A stretch of DNA of 64,000 nt from Lingula anatina (taxonomy: Eukaryota > Animalia > Brachiopoda), in NCBI GenBank assembly GCA_051362555.1, contig CM120641.1, positions 28,464,401-28,528,400 on the forward strand, read 5' to 3'. Position numbers and translations under genes: made by a program. Numbering within the stretch: position 1 is the stretch's first letter; each line of letters begins with the position of its first letter. Below, piece after piece: positions 14,201 through 27,862 of this stretch. Below the pieces are notes generated by a model. The model saw only the letters and a program-made list of their open reading frames with translations, was not told where the DNA came from and searched no databases.

Positions 14201-17200
14201 GAGAGAGAGCAATGGCACAACCCAAATTTGTTATCAAACTATAGGCTTACATGAGGCAGTCATAAAACAGCAAGCTACATGCATCCTTGAATGAGCAAAA
14301 CCTAGACAACATTAAAAGAGCAGTCTGGGATCATGAAAATAGCATAACAAAGTTAGCTCATTAAACATTATCTGTAACCTAAGTTTATAACTTGCATTTT
14401 AACCTTACTGGGTTACAGCACATAAACAGAACATGTTCTTTAGATAAGACCCATTGCATTCTAAATCTAAAGACCTTTTCATGTATAGTAAATACAGATA
14501 ATAAAGTCATGAAGTGGAACTCATGTAATCTTTGAAACTTATATACAGACATGCCAACAAATAAAACACAGAATAATTTCTATTCTTCATATAAAAAAAA
14601 ACAACCATGGTAGAAATAACTTAAAATGCAAAAAAAAAAAAAAAAAAAAAAAAAACTTATAACACTTGTAACAGCAACATTTAGCTCACTTATCAAATAT
14701 CTCAAATATTTATTGTCACACTGTCAGGTGACCATGCAGACATGGGTGCAGACAGCCAGTCTGTACACCATAATTAATGACAGGCTTGAAAAGAGAATGT
14801 TTTTGTAAACTTTTCCTCAAGACATTCTGGTAACATATAGCCTTTTCCAACAATAAAAAATTCACATTCACTGTGTTACATGCAGGGGAAGTACATGCCA
14901 TACTTTGTTCAACTCTAAAAATTTGCGACAAAAAGAGGCAGATAACTATATTTCTGACAAAGCGTACAATCCCAAACGACTTACAAAACAAGTTTTCAAA
15001 TGCCAATATAAATATGTATATGTATGATTATAGTTAATGATCACAAGAAAACCAGTCAGGTCAATTATCAAATACAAACATCTCACAAAGAGCCGATGAT
15101 AGTATGTACTGTTAATCTTATCTCAATGGACTAAGGATGTCAAACTGCAGGTGTGAGGAAATGAGTGAGCCTAACATGAGGCATACTTAAGAGGAACCAG
15201 GCCTTCTAATTACAAAACAAAAAACAAATGTGGTTTCTTTAAAATAAATTATGACACTTAACATATATTTTTCCCACTAAAACAGCAAATTTGTACAGAT
15301 TCACAAAGTTCGATTGCTATGAATTAAGATATTTAAGCCATGACTACCAAAATAACTCTACTTTCCTGAGCATATTAACTGTAGTATACTTTCAGATCTG
15401 CTTACTAGTATACCACAATTCTGCTATTCTACTAAGGTATTGTTTTCAATAGGGAAAAATCAATGCATGAGGAATGCACCTTAGTATTCCATTGCTCTGT
15501 TTGTGTGTATTTGCTTTATGGCTGGATCAACCTAACATACAGACCAAGTGACTCAGTACACTCACATCATTGTGTTGTATAAGAGACTGCCTCAAGTTCT
15601 TTTGTGTCAGAGACTTTATGAATGGTCCAAGTGCTTTTCAGCATGAACAAAGTATGAATGGGGTTCTGAATTCACCTCTCCCTCCGTTCTGTAGCATTAC
15701 AGCTTGCTGCTACCTACAAACTGCCCCAGCTTGCCTTCCTTTCTATTCAGGGCTTATCACGTGGCTGATGTAAACAACATGTTTGAGCAGAGCAGTCGTG
15801 ACACATGAGTGAGAATTATATTTTTGGAAAAAGGGGACTTTTTATATCACAGTGGCATTTCCAAGACATAATCTATGTATTGTGGGCATTTACTTACTTC
15901 ATCTGTAACAAAACCTAATGAATCTACCTTCCTAAAATGTGGTCACCTATCAGTAAGTTAATTAAGGATTACACACAGCCTTATCATTTGTTGACAGGGA
16001 CCAAATGAAACTACAAATGCAAAATATAAAACACATTCCTCTGTGGCAACAACGTTATCTTTTCAAACCTCCTGCAAGACATTGATAATATCAGCTCATT
16101 CTAAAAGGAAAATAAATTTGACATTTTTTTAGCAGACAGCATATCTTTTAGAACTAACATACTGGTATCACAGAAATTATAAAATTCAAAGCAAAACCAA
16201 AAGTAACCCTACTTTAAATATAAAAATGTTGTTAATGATTAAAGAATTAACCCAGGAATGATATTAAAACCAAAGATGATGTCCACACTTACCCTTCCAT
16301 CGAGTGGTCCAAGTAACATACTATGCTAAAGGAATAATCCTTTTACCAAACACCATAAAAGAAAGCTTTCATGTAAAGAAAGCTTAAGTGGCAAAAGCAA
16401 CATAAAAGTGATGGATGTTATTTTCTGTTTTCAAAACCAGATCACACACACCTCAAAACACTTTGTTTACATTTGAAAGAAACATTTGCTATGACATTGC
16501 ACCCACAGCAGCCACAATGTTTCATCTTAGTTAATATATCACTTCTGTTTACAAAATTTACCTATTTTCTTTTTCATAATAAACAGTTTTTCCTCTGAAA
16601 ATCAGTGAAATTTCATATCAGTCAATTTTCCTCATAAATCCAGGAAGGATCCTACCTGTACAATATTGAGCATCCCCACAGCATTTGTTGATCAATACAT
16701 GACCATTCCCTACCCAACTGTGACTCAGCCCATTTACAATATAGTTCTGTTTTATATATATAGGATAACATGTCTTGTTTATTCAATTGTTAAGAATAAA
16801 AATATATTACTTGTGAAGAAAACATAGCTATCTATTTCATTTAACAGGTTTTATTTTTTAACATATGAGTGAGGTGATTTAATGTAAATGACGTTCAATC
16901 TAGCAAATGATCCCTATTTATAGTGGCACAGGGATAATAATGCTGCCAATCAACTTGAAAACTTTTTAAAGAAATGGGTAGCAAGACAATGATGTCCTTT
17001 ATGCCTAAATTAAGGTCTCAGTATTCTATTAAATGTAACTATAGTATTATTAGGCTTATTGGAAAGTTCTTTTAAATCAATTACACCAATTTCAAGCTGT
17101 ATGATATTTTATGGCACAATATTTTTATTACATTTTACTATATTTGTCTAATATGATGACCCATAGAATAAAGTTTATCTTAACAAATACTCAATTAAAC

Positions 17201-17630
17201 ATTATAAAGACTCAAAGAATTAAAATCTATCCAATCCAGGCAGTGCCAATGCTGGGTTGTCAGAAACCGAATTTAGTGAACGTCTTCCTACGGTGAATCG
17301 AAGTTGTGTATGGTATACAGTACAACTAGCAGTTTTACAGTACATTTTCATTATTGTCTTAAGTGACTTTAGACATTTTTCTTATGAATGGATTACTTGA
17401 ACCTAATCTCAATCCTAATATCATCAGAAAAGACACATATTCTCTAAATACCTGTCCATGAACGGCGGCCGCCATATTGAATTGATACACGAAATTGGGA
17501 CTCGAAAATTTTATTGAAATCGCACATTATAATGGGATTAGAGGCAAACATTTAGACATATGATCATCTCCGGAGAGTACCTACCTGTAAGTCGGATTTT
17601 CATGGGCCCATTTCTTCTTGAACTGGCCAT
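1..17630 (-). CDS. SMURF2: E3 ubiquitin-protein ligase Smurf (Smurf2-like, C2-WW-HECT family), 5' portion; continues off the left edge. Exons 17585-17630, 13609-13647, 11838-11946, 11415-11548, 7802-7973, 4495-4578, 1120-1490, 1-53
   Basis: Spliced GT-AG exons with consistent phases give MASSRRNGPMKIRLTVLCAKNLAKKDFFRLPDPFAKISVDGSGQCHSTETCKNTLDPKWNQHYDLYIGQKDSITISVWNYKKIHKKQGAGFLGCVR (Smurf C2 domain). WW1 reads [33 protein letters not shown] and WW2 begins LPDGYEQRTTQQGQVYFLHT. The extra N-terminal WW makes it Smurf2-like. Confidence 0.96.
9883..10097. mobile_element. MITE-like element, copy 1 (Smurf intron)
   Basis: Terminal inverted repeats TTCCCAGAG..TTAGATCGATCTA / TAGATCGATCTAA.CTCTGGAA. 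A second diverged copy lies at 19326-19550. Confidence 0.75.
11203..11245. repeat. (CA)n microsatellite
   Basis: Directly visible. Confidence 0.97.
13096..13340. mobile_element. Degenerate MITE-like element
   Basis: Imperfect TIRs GGGGTTCATTCCCTATGA / TCATTGGGAACGAGCCCT with weaker inner symmetry. Confidence 0.45.
13994..14050. repeat. 57-bp near-perfect palindrome
   Basis: AGGAAATCCAACTGAAAATATTATTAAA-T-TTTAATAATATTTTCAGCTGGATTTCCT; 28-bp arms with one mismatch. Confidence 0.9.
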
Positions 17631-17929
17631 TACTGATGAACTAAAACAGCGGAATTCATCATGCTCGGTGCCCAATACAACTCCATCCAAATCGAGACTT
17701 TGTGTACTGATAGGCGTATAACACGGGTTCATACGCGAGAGAAATGAGTCCACTTCGTCTGCTACTGATCTCTCGGGCATCTCGTTCATACATCTGACAA
17801 CTTTCAATTATCAATCAAAATATGTATGTTACAACCACTGACTGTTAACTGGGTACAGACACAGTTTTTACTCTGGTGACAGAGGATTATGTGTCACTCT
17901 ATATTATGACAAATTCTTGCATTTGTCTA

Positions 17930-18060
17930 TCTCACCCACTGCATTCTGTGGCGCAACCCACGCATTATTTGGAGCGTAAATAGGACAACAAAAGCCGCCT
18001 ATGAATAATCCCAACTTACTACACACGTGTAGGTGTGTTAGGGCGGACAAGATATTGACC
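17930..18060 (-). promoter_or_regulatory. Probable Smurf promoter region (CpG-containing, GC box, E-box)
   Basis: CpG-rich patch 300-430 nt upstream of the Smurf ATG with GGGCGG at 18041 and CACGTG at ~18024. A YY1-like GCCGCCATATT sits at ~17468 in intron 1. Confidence 0.4.
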
Positions 18061-19002
18061 GTTTTGACTGTCATTAGCTGAATAATTTTGTTAGTGTGTC
18101 AAATGAAATTTGATTTTTTCCCCTTTTTCTCTTTGTATATTTTATAACATTGTATTTAGTCCCAGTCTAAAGATTCCTGGGACTGAAAGGCTTGGACAGT
18201 AAAACATTTTAATGAATAAGAAAAAGATATATATACAGAATTCACCTTTTTTCCATAATTTGGTATTTCAAACTGCCATCCTCAGCTTATCAAATGTCGA
18301 CTTTAAATTTTCCTAAATATGGATTTCCTGCCCATAGTTGCCATGCACTACTATGATAAACCCATGTAAATGCAAACTTAACTGCATTATTGAGGAATAA
18401 GCAAAAGTTGCACTTGAAATGAGTATGCTGCTTTTTTTATTTCAGGTAACTTGAAAGCAACAAATTTGCACAGTTTTTCTTATCAAGCTTTTTCTCAAAT
18501 TTTATTTTTGACATAAATCGTTCAAAGTCATCACATATTTATTTACGTTTATTATTGGGAAAATGAAGACTTCTTAAACTTGAACAGTGCTTCTTTGCAG
18601 CAATGAGAGACCAGGCTATTTGTATCCATGCAATTGTATAATTAGTATTTAATTGCATGGTCACAACAAACTCAAAGCATTATTACACAAATCAGTAACA
18701 AACAAAGAAACATTTAAATGAAACAAAAGTAGATGTCATTTCATTCCAAATTATAAATAACCATTATTTCAATTGCAATTAAATTAATTTTATGTTATTC
18801 CTTCTAAAATATATTGTTTGTTGTCAAATTCTTTGTAGAAACTGTACTGATCTTGCACCTTTTCTTTCATTTAAGTCTACACATTAACATTTTTATTAAG
18901 TCTTCACATTAACATTATAAGGAATTTCAAACCTTAGAGTCATACAACTTTCAAAGAAGTAGACATAAAACCTCAGTGTGACAATATATGAGGTTGAAAG
19001 TT

Positions 19003-22000
19003 TTAAATCATATGGTCTATGTGTTTAAATCCTGGAGAGGTTCCATAATGTAGGAAATCTGGGACCTTCCCTTGCCTACTCAGGCTTCCTACACATTCAC
19101 TGGGGGATTGCACTTGGGGGAGAAAATCATCCTCTTCCTGAAAATTGAAACATAGCTTTTGCTTAATACACAATATCAAAGTAAGCAATAAATATCAGCC
19201 TTTGATCTTAAATCACATTGTTCATATGGAGTATTACACATACATGAAGCAACTACTGCAACTTGTTGCTTATCAGACCCTTTTTTATTGTCTTTTTACA
19301 TCCTATAGCTAAAGGCTCTTCTTACACCCCATTTCCATAGATTTTTAGATCGATCTATCCCTGTGGGGAGCCTCACTAGATTACTGTCAGCTTGGCCAGC
19401 TTAAACGTCTGTCCCGCCTATTAAAAGCTGTAAAGGGGTAATTAACTATGGTGCTCGCTCGGCTGACTATAATTTAGCGTGAACCCCCAGGGAGTTAGGT
19501 CGATCTAAATCTTAATCTCTAAATCGATCTAAATCTCTGGGAAAGCACCCTTAGTTATGCTCTTCCTTTTCCTTATGCTCACCTCAGACTGAAGTTCTGG
19601 TCTTCCTTCTTCCTCTGGGGGTGAGTCCTCATACTCTCTATACAGAGGAATTACATACTGTCCAGATCTGAAAGCACAAGAAATGTTATTTTAGCTGAAA
19701 AAAAAAGTACACATAGTATGCTCATTACTGATCTTAAAATGAATATATTAATAAAATTGATTGAAATGTCTTCAAATTGTCAAGCATCCCTTTCTATAGT
19801 AGAATGAATTTTTAAGGTTTGTGTCATAATACATATGCATAATACCTAACTCCAGCACAGATGCAACAGTTTATCAAAAATCAATACATATAAAATGTGA
19901 GGAGATACAACTTTTAAACATACAATCAAAATAATAAATTCACTACCTCTTTAACACGAGTTGCATATCAACTACTTTGCTGCACATTGTTTTCATACAA
20001 AAATGTGTTAAGACTAAAGAGGAGGAGAAACAAAACTTACCTGTTTAATAAATATGGATCAAAAGGAAAGAATGAGTCTAGTGGGTTGACATGGGTAAGC
20101 CTGGATGGTCCATACAAGCCCAATGCAGCTACAGGGAGCAGTGATCTGTTATTTCGCTCCATGATGGTATCACAGAAAGCTAACTGATGCATTCTGAAAT
20201 TGCAAACAATAAATATCTTAGCTTATGAACTTGACAGTTCATCTCCTCAAAATTGAAAAATCACATTGTACTTATCATATCAAAGATGAGCAAGTATGAA
20301 ATGTAGTATGGTAGAGATATACTAATAACATACCTTGTAACAGAGGTAAATGTTTTGGCAACTACTGGTAGACAGACACGTAGTGGGTTTAATCTGCTAG
20401 TGACTATGGTTTGGAAATTAAGACTCTCCGCAAATTTGTACCCTGAAAAGAAACCAAATATTTTAATAAATCACTTCTGATTGGTATTTCAACTCTATAT
20501 AATTTCTTAGATTTCTTACTGTTAAAAATTTTAATTAATTTTTACAATTCTCATAAATTCAGAATGCTATCCCTTGAAAGTGTCATTGACAACAACATTT
20601 ACAGGTTCTAACTTTTGATTAATACCTTTTTTTAACTCCAGCATTTCCTTATGCCTGAACACAAACACATAAAAGACAGCTTGGCATACTGAGTAAAATG
20701 GCCCATGATGCTGGACATCTGCCTGTCTGATGGAATCTGAAGTCTGGTCAATATACTGGTGCACCCAGTCACAGATCAACTTGAGGCAATCCATCACTGT
20801 GCTGAAATTATAAAGACATTTTAATTGTTTAGGCAAAAGGAAACTGACAGAGAGCTACCATTTTTTCTAGGTTTTCATTATCGTTGTTTGCCTTTATATT
20901 ATTCTTTTGGGCTAGCTTCACATAAATCATCTTTTTCATCATTATGCATTATCAAGGTTTTACCATGTACTTATAATTCTATATTATAATTAAAATTAAT
21001 TGTTCTTATCTAACACGAGGGCACTATCTAGGTCTCTCTCTTACATAAGGGCCTAGCTATTCAGTTGCCAATCACTCAAAACATACCAGTACAGGTGTAC
21101 AACTAAGATAAAACGATCCATGTGAAAAGGCCTTAAGAAACATTGCACTCCTAAAATCACAACAACAATAATAATGAATTAAAAATTACCTTATTGCCAC
21201 AAACTTCCCTCTTGCCATAATGCTAGCTATGTATGCTACTGCAGCTTGCCTGAACACAGGCTCTGTGTTGGGATTCTGAACTTTCTTCCACAGATAATCT
21301 ATAAAGCCGTCACAAAGTGCCTGAAACCCAAAAATATGTGTGTATTTGTTATTTTGCTAGTGTTCATAATTCAAATTTAAACTTTCTTTTGATAAAAAAG
21401 TATTTGCATTGAGAAGAAAATGTAGACGAGTTGTGATCTTCCCAACTACTGCAGCAGATAATAACTCATATGCACTGTTGCACAAACAACATAAGCTTAC
21501 CTGTTTGAGACTACACATGTAAAACATCAAGAACTGTACATGGCATGAAGCGTGAGTGGTTATAATAACCCTGTCAAAAACCTGTAGAAGTTCTCGGTAC
21601 AACTTCTTTGTGGCTTCCCAATCAAGCTCACCTAAAAAATAAATCAGTGAAATTAATTTTGATCATGAAAAATTTGAATTTTGCTGGGCAATCCATATGA
21701 AATTCAGTCTGATAAGTGAGAATAGCGTTACAGCGCAAATTGAACACTTACCATTTTGATAACAAATATTCTGTATATATCTAAACATAAGGTGCATCAG
21801 GATATCTAATTTGTTGGCTTCTTTGTGGGTCATTGCAGATATCTCATTTTGCGTTGAACTTGTATCCTTTCCGCCAGACAAAATGGATGGTAGATCTTCC
21901 TATAGATTTCCAAAAAGACATTAGACAAGACATAAGACAAAATCATTTTAAGCTTTCCTTACTTAATAAACATCTTTTTAAACTGAGCATTTTGTTATTG

Positions 22001-23127
22001 CAATTTTAATAATACAGTTATGGAATATATGATTAGGTCACAGTCACTGTAAAAGTGTAATGTTTTCCCTGTAACCACTTCAAATTTCAGAAGATAATAG
22101 AAAAAAGGCCACATACCATATCAAATATAACATCTGTGTCCATGGCTTCTTCATTATCTTCCAATTCAATGATTTCATCCCTTGGTGATCTTACCTAAAC
22201 CAAAAATGTAAACCATACTTTTATTTTTTAAATAAGCATTCACAGATACAATTTATGCTGTTACACATTTATTTTCATTCAATATTTATACATAAATACA
22301 AGAGTGTCAGATAACTCTGCAAAAATGTAAACAAACATATCTACATATTAATGCAGTTTTATCTTCTTATTCTATGTGCCGTACACAAAGCTCATAGCAA
22401 AAGAGAAAGCTATGAACCAAATTCAAGCACAATCTGTTACAGAGGTATTTAATACCTGATAAAAAAGTCAAAAATAATTCTATATTTTTAACAGAGTTTT
22501 AAATCTATAAACATTTTTTCATTATCCTGTACTTACATCAAACTTCAGCATCTTATCAACAACCAATTCCAAAATCTTTGGTCTCAAGACAGGAAGATAG
22601 GTTGGGATTCGTAGCAGATTTTCTACATAGCATTCCTGTATAAAGGCATCCTTAGTCATATAAGGGAAACATTCAACCAGTAGTGGCATTAATACTTGTG
22701 GAGTCCTAATATGGACAAAAGAGAAATCATAATTTAAGGCCATGTCTTCATAATAATCAAATCATTTATATCACTTCTGTGGTACATCACATTTAAACCA
22801 ACTGCGACAGAAATTACAACTTCACTTATTAGATAAATACCCAAACAAAATTGAAAACTGTAATTGTTCTCATTAAAATGCTCAAATATTTTAAATGAGT
22901 CTGTAAGGTACATTTCATTAAATACTCTTTGATATCATCACTATCTATTCTTATTTAGTACTCACATAGGTACAATTTGAGCAATATTTTTTATAAGCGT
23001 GTGAATATTAATAAACATCTGCTCCAAGTCTGCACTCTTTTGTCCATCAAGGATTTCTTTTTCTAGTTCACTCTTAGCCTGTTTTGGTTGCTCTGAAAAT
23101 AAACATTCAACGTAAATATCAGCGTCA

Positions 23128-23163
<36 letters not shown>

Positions 23164-24498
23164 TTAAAAACTTGAGCAAAGAAATTATATAATTTTTAAA
23201 ATATTTTTAAAGTATTCATGTGAAACCAAATAACGAACTTATCTACAATTTTGTAAAACATGGCTTTGTTCTTTATAATCATTTTTATTTTATTTATTTA
23301 TCTATTTTTTTTTTTTTTTTTGTTAATTTTCTTACTAGGTATTAACTGCTTGACTAGGGACCTCAAACAGGACCGTAGGTAAAAAGGGTGTGCAGACACT
23401 AGGTTGATCACCAGTGATAGATATTCCTGGATGATAGCCACATCCTTGTTGGTCCATTCTATGCTCTGGAAACCAAAAAGACTGTGTGATAAGTAAGAAA
23501 AATGACCCATAAATCAAACACTCACTTCAAAACAAACATAACACATCAAAGTAAATCTAATGTTACTATCATTTACCTCATAATGGTCCTATTTAAATGT
23601 TTTGCTTTCATACAATCATAAACCATACTTACAAATATCACCCCTACAAGAAGTTCAAAATCTTTCCCAAGAATTGAAACACATTCTCGCAACCCTCTGA
23701 GACATGCAAGTAACAGAGCAGGCTGTAAATAGAAAAATGTGTTAATCGAACCACTTAAAACATAAATAACCCTTAGGTTGCAGAATCTTGTAATTCTTAA
23801 AATTTCATTACAAATTTTTTTTTCCTTTCAAAGCAAATAAGATAACATTAACCAAACAGCTGAAAATAAATGCAACTGCTTCACAACATTATTTCCATAT
23901 CAAAATGCTATAAAAATTATAACACATCAACCATCCACCATCCAAAGCAAATTTCACCTACTTCCACATCAGCTTTAGTGAGATGGCTTATAAGCAAGTC
24001 ATATTCTTTACCAGCACCCTGAAAGGAGCAATGAGCAAAATGTCAATTAATCTCTTGATAAAAATGACTGACTTAATAATACTACTTGAAGTCTGAAAAA
24101 CAAATTTGATACTGGGGGTAATTTTCAAGAGACAAATAAGTTAAGTTCTTGGGTATTCTTTTCATTATTTTTTGTTTTTGCATCTCTGTGCTTTTCTACA
24201 TTGCTTTGAGTTTTTCTCTATAATTTCACAAGATTGTAGTGAAAAGATTGTAGCACATAGTGAAAATGCCAATAAATTGCTAGATTGAGACTTGTCATGT
24301 TTTTCTTTTTACACTAATAGTATTATTACCCCTGTTAACAATGTGAATACATGGAAATAAATTAATAATTATATCTTTACATTAGGAAGCATTTAAATAC
24401 AGTGCATCAAAATTACATGTATTTACCACTCTGTTTTTCTCCAAGATGTTTTGTACATCTATAACCCCACTTCTCTGGGGCACTACAGTGTGATCCAT
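19003..24498 (-). CDS. RRN3: RNA polymerase I transcription initiation factor RRN3 (TIF-IA), ~15 coding exons (approx. 24426-24498, 23962-24018, 23633-23722, 23337-23465, 22967-23092, 22537-22706, 22117-22194, 21752-21899, 21501-21631, 21190-21320, 20626-20802, 20334-20442, 20041-20193, 19583-19667, 19003-19137)
   Basis: Exons encode RRN3 hallmark segments LMPLLVECFPY..ECYVENLLRI, THASCHVQFLMFYMCS, YLWKKVQNPN..RQAAVAYI, HGPFYSVCQAVFYVFVFRHK, LNFQTIVTSRLNPLRVCLP and NPLDSFFPFDPY. All introns are GT-AG. The start codon (MDHTVVPQ) is less certain. Confidence 0.94.
19326..19550. mobile_element. MITE-like element, copy 2 (RRN3 last intron)
   Basis: Colinear homology to 9883-10097, including CTCACTAGATTACTGTCAG and TTTAGCGTGAACCCCCAGGGAGTTAGGTCGATCTAAA. 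Confidence 0.75.
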
Positions 24499-25039
24499 CT
24501 CAAGAAAATTGACAGACCATAACCTTTGTTTCTGGACACAGATTCTACTTTTTACTGCACCTTGAAGCAAGAAAATGAGAATTTTAATAATTATGTTTTT
24601 GTTACATCCAGTCAAAATGGTGCAGAACAAAAAAAGCATACTGAAAAATGTGAAAAGAGCTACGTTATGTGAACAAAATTTCAACTTTCAAGTCTCAAGC
24701 ATTATTTGAAAAAATCCTGTGTTGATTACAACTAAACAAATATAAGAAATCCCAGCTACAATATAAACATTTGACGTGGGAACACGTGTTTACTTTGCAG
24801 ACTGTTAAATGCGGTAGGGTATTCGAAACCAACATACAACTTTACGACAACTGGAACAAGCATAATGTAAAAAAATAACATTGCACAACCAAAGGCAAAG
24901 GCAAACCATAAAACATTGAAAACAGCAATGTTCTTATTCCCATTATTGAAGAGACAACTATCAATTTACAATGTTTGCTTTTCTTTTTCTTTTTATTCAA
25001 CAAGTCTAAAAGTTGTGAAAATTATCTCCGGGGTCTACT

Positions 25040-25331
25040 TACTTCAATCAATATTGCCCAATTCGTCTGAAGTCGATGCTGTAAACATAATTCTGCCATG
25101 CTTTCCAACTCACATATCGTATCTGCGAGATAGTACGAGATTTTAAGTAAATTGTTTTGAAAATATATACTACATAATAAAATTATTGATCTACATAAAT
25201 TTCCATAAAAAAATATAGAATAATGTTAAGTTTCACAGTAAAACACACAAGGTAAATAAAAACATAGTCATACCATGCTGCCATCTTGAAGCGGGAGGTT
25301 TAAACGGAGGAAACTCTCAAAAGGACTCACA
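25040..25331. promoter_or_regulatory. Bidirectional promoter / 5' UTR exons shared by RRN3 (-) and CENPM (+)
   Basis: Minus-strand donor sites at ~25041 (GAA|gtaagt) and ~25273 (ATG|gtatga) with a YY1-like AAGATGGC at ~25280-25287. The CENPM ATG lies only ~45 nt away on the + strand. Confidence 0.55.
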
Positions 25332-27862
25332 ATGTCGAAGACTGAGCCATCAATTTATGGCAAAATGCCTATATTAAACTCTGCAACTTTACTGGTAAGT
25401 CATTGGTGTTTTTCTGACAAATAATTTCAGCGCAAGGAAGTTTACTTTATGTTATTTGTGAGGGTGTACACTGCACCGCAGGGCCCGGGGTATTGATATA
25501 CTGACTGGCCATTACTGCCTTACTGTATTGCCTGGATTGCTTTATTGACAGTTAGAGTGTCATTATTAAAAAATGGAAGTGATTCTGCTGTTAAACATTG
25601 CCTTATACACAAAAATGACAACTCTCATCATTATTTTCTGCTTTATGTCTGTACATGAACATTTGACAGCTTTGCCATCTTGTTAATGTCTTTATGAATT
25701 GGGAAATTAAGGTAAGTAGATTTGAAGGATATATGTTGACAAATGCCTATTTTGACACAACATGACTCCAATTGTTTTCTAAAATAATCAAAATTTTTTA
25801 ATTTTTAATGTTAAAAGCTCCCTTTTGAGGAGGAGGAAGAAAACTTTATTTATTTATATTTATTTATACTTTTTAAGAGAGTAGGGATATCCTATCTGCC
25901 TTTGTATTTATAAATTATAAGCATGTCGTACACCAATTCATCAGTAAAGATATCTTGAGCTGGTTAATATAGTTATTAGAATTTATCAAATGATCAAATA
26001 ATCAAAATTTTTCAAAACCAAGTCAAATATATGTATAATATGTAACGGAATTCATGATTGATTTTTATTTTATATTTGTTTAGATTGTAGGCTGTCATGG
26101 GATTGGAAAACATGAATTAGCCAAGGCTCTTGTTGGTGTTGGTACTTCCTATGCATTGCAAGTGTAGGTACTTTTTTCCTTTCTCAGCTGCAGTTAAACC
26201 TTTTAGTAGCATATATGTGCTAAGTACATGTATGATAAGTCAACCTTCATGAAAAGTGCAATTTTCATTTAGAGTTGAACTTTTTGTTAATGGAATCTTT
26301 GAATCAATACTTTAAACTTTTTTAAAAGGTCCATAGTTTTGAACTAATCGATAACCAGCCCACTTTCCACTCTAACTTCTATTGTAATTTTATAAAAGTA
26401 TAGCTAATTAGTAATTTGCATGTTGTTTTACCCATTTTAGCCGGACTGCTACAAGTCTTCCATTACCAGAAAACAAAGAAACTGACCGTCCAAAAATTGA
26501 TATGGTTATTTTCATGATTGACATGACTGATAAGCGAAGGTACATGCATTGTACAAAATTTGTGACAGTGTAAGCCTTAAATATAAGCTTGAAAACAATT
26601 AATGGTCTCCTGATTTATTAAGTTAAAGCAAATACTTTAACTTCTGCTCTATTTCCCACAATATGGTGAAATTTCAACACGTAGCTTCTACATTTTAGCA
26701 TGGCTGTGGTAGAATCTTCTTTGCCTCATCTAGATGTGGATTACTTTCTTGGAAGAGTATGCTTTGTAATAAAAAATGGTGAGTATTGATTAAATGCAGA
26801 AATAGCTGACATATTGTTCCCTTTCAAATAACATTGATATTGGTCATTGCTGAGATAAAAAAAATCTACAACCTCCTGGTTACAAAAACTTAAAAAACAA
26901 AAAGTGATGTCCATCTCTTTCTAAGGGAAACATGATTTCATATGTCTTTAAGTTGTACAATTATGTACTCAAGTATTATGATCTGATAAGTCAAAATTTG
27001 TTTTGTTGTTTTTTTTTTCAGCCCAAGGTTTATTGGATAGAAGTGTAGAAATAGAAGCAGTCACTCAGTTAGCTGATGCCTATGATTCACCTTTATTGTG
27101 TGAAACAGTGGAGGTAGGCAGTATGAATGTTTTCAGATATGATTTAAATGATAATTCATTTGTTAAATTTGTGTGTCAAACTTATGACTGTGCTTACATT
27201 TAGTTATGATGTTAACATTTTTTTAAATTACAAATGATTCTTGACATGTCAAGAGATTAAAGATGCACAGTGTAAGATTTTCCCACAAAAACCTCATACT
27301 TAACAGATTTTTCTGGGTTAAACAGTTTTTATTTTTAACCCACGGACCTGATCTTCCTATCTTGACACTCAGCATAACTCTGTCACAATATAGGAAAATT
27401 GATAGTCCCAAGCCCATGCTTTTGAATTTTTTTTAATTACTCTATCATTTCAAGCTCTTACTTTGGGTTTTACATGGTTCAAAACTGTGTCAAGATGTTC
27501 GACAGGTGGCAAGGTTCCTTAGGAGTTAATAGTTTGGTTATTTTTGGCAACATGAATTCTGTTTAAAAAATGAATGATCAAAAAGATCAGACAAGTTCAA
27601 GAAAAAGTGGTCTATATGCTAACAATATGTTTTAAATCTTACACTTAATTAGTCTTTTTGATTTTTTTAACTGCATTTTAAAGTTTGGTTTCATTTTCTT
27701 TAGCCAGGACAAGGTGGTTCAAGTGTGGCAGAAAAGATACTTCAGCTGCTAGCAATTTCTGTTGGATTCCATGACCATATTACACCTTTACTGATAGATG
27801 TCACAAAGAGACCATACCATACTTTATTGGACAGTTCAATAGCATGGACTCCAAATTCTTGA
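25332..27862 (+). CDS. CENPM: Centromere protein M (CENP-M). Exons 25332-25394, 26084-26163, 26441-26539, 26699-26778, 27022-27113, 27704-27862
   Basis: Spliced product MSKTEPSIYGKMPILNSATLLIVG..TSLPLPENKETDRPKIDMVIFMID..SLPHLDVDYFLGRVCFV..QLADAYDSPLL..KILQLLAISVG matches CENP-M motifs (LNTATILLVG, SLPLP..RPRIDLIVF, FFLGKVCF, YQSPLL). Exon phases are consistent. Confidence 0.92.

Noticed and set aside
17631-17807. N-terminal extension of Smurf from the 89-aa ORF
   Set aside because: Homology begins at MASSRRNG; the upstream part looks like 5' UTR, although in-frame ATGs exist.
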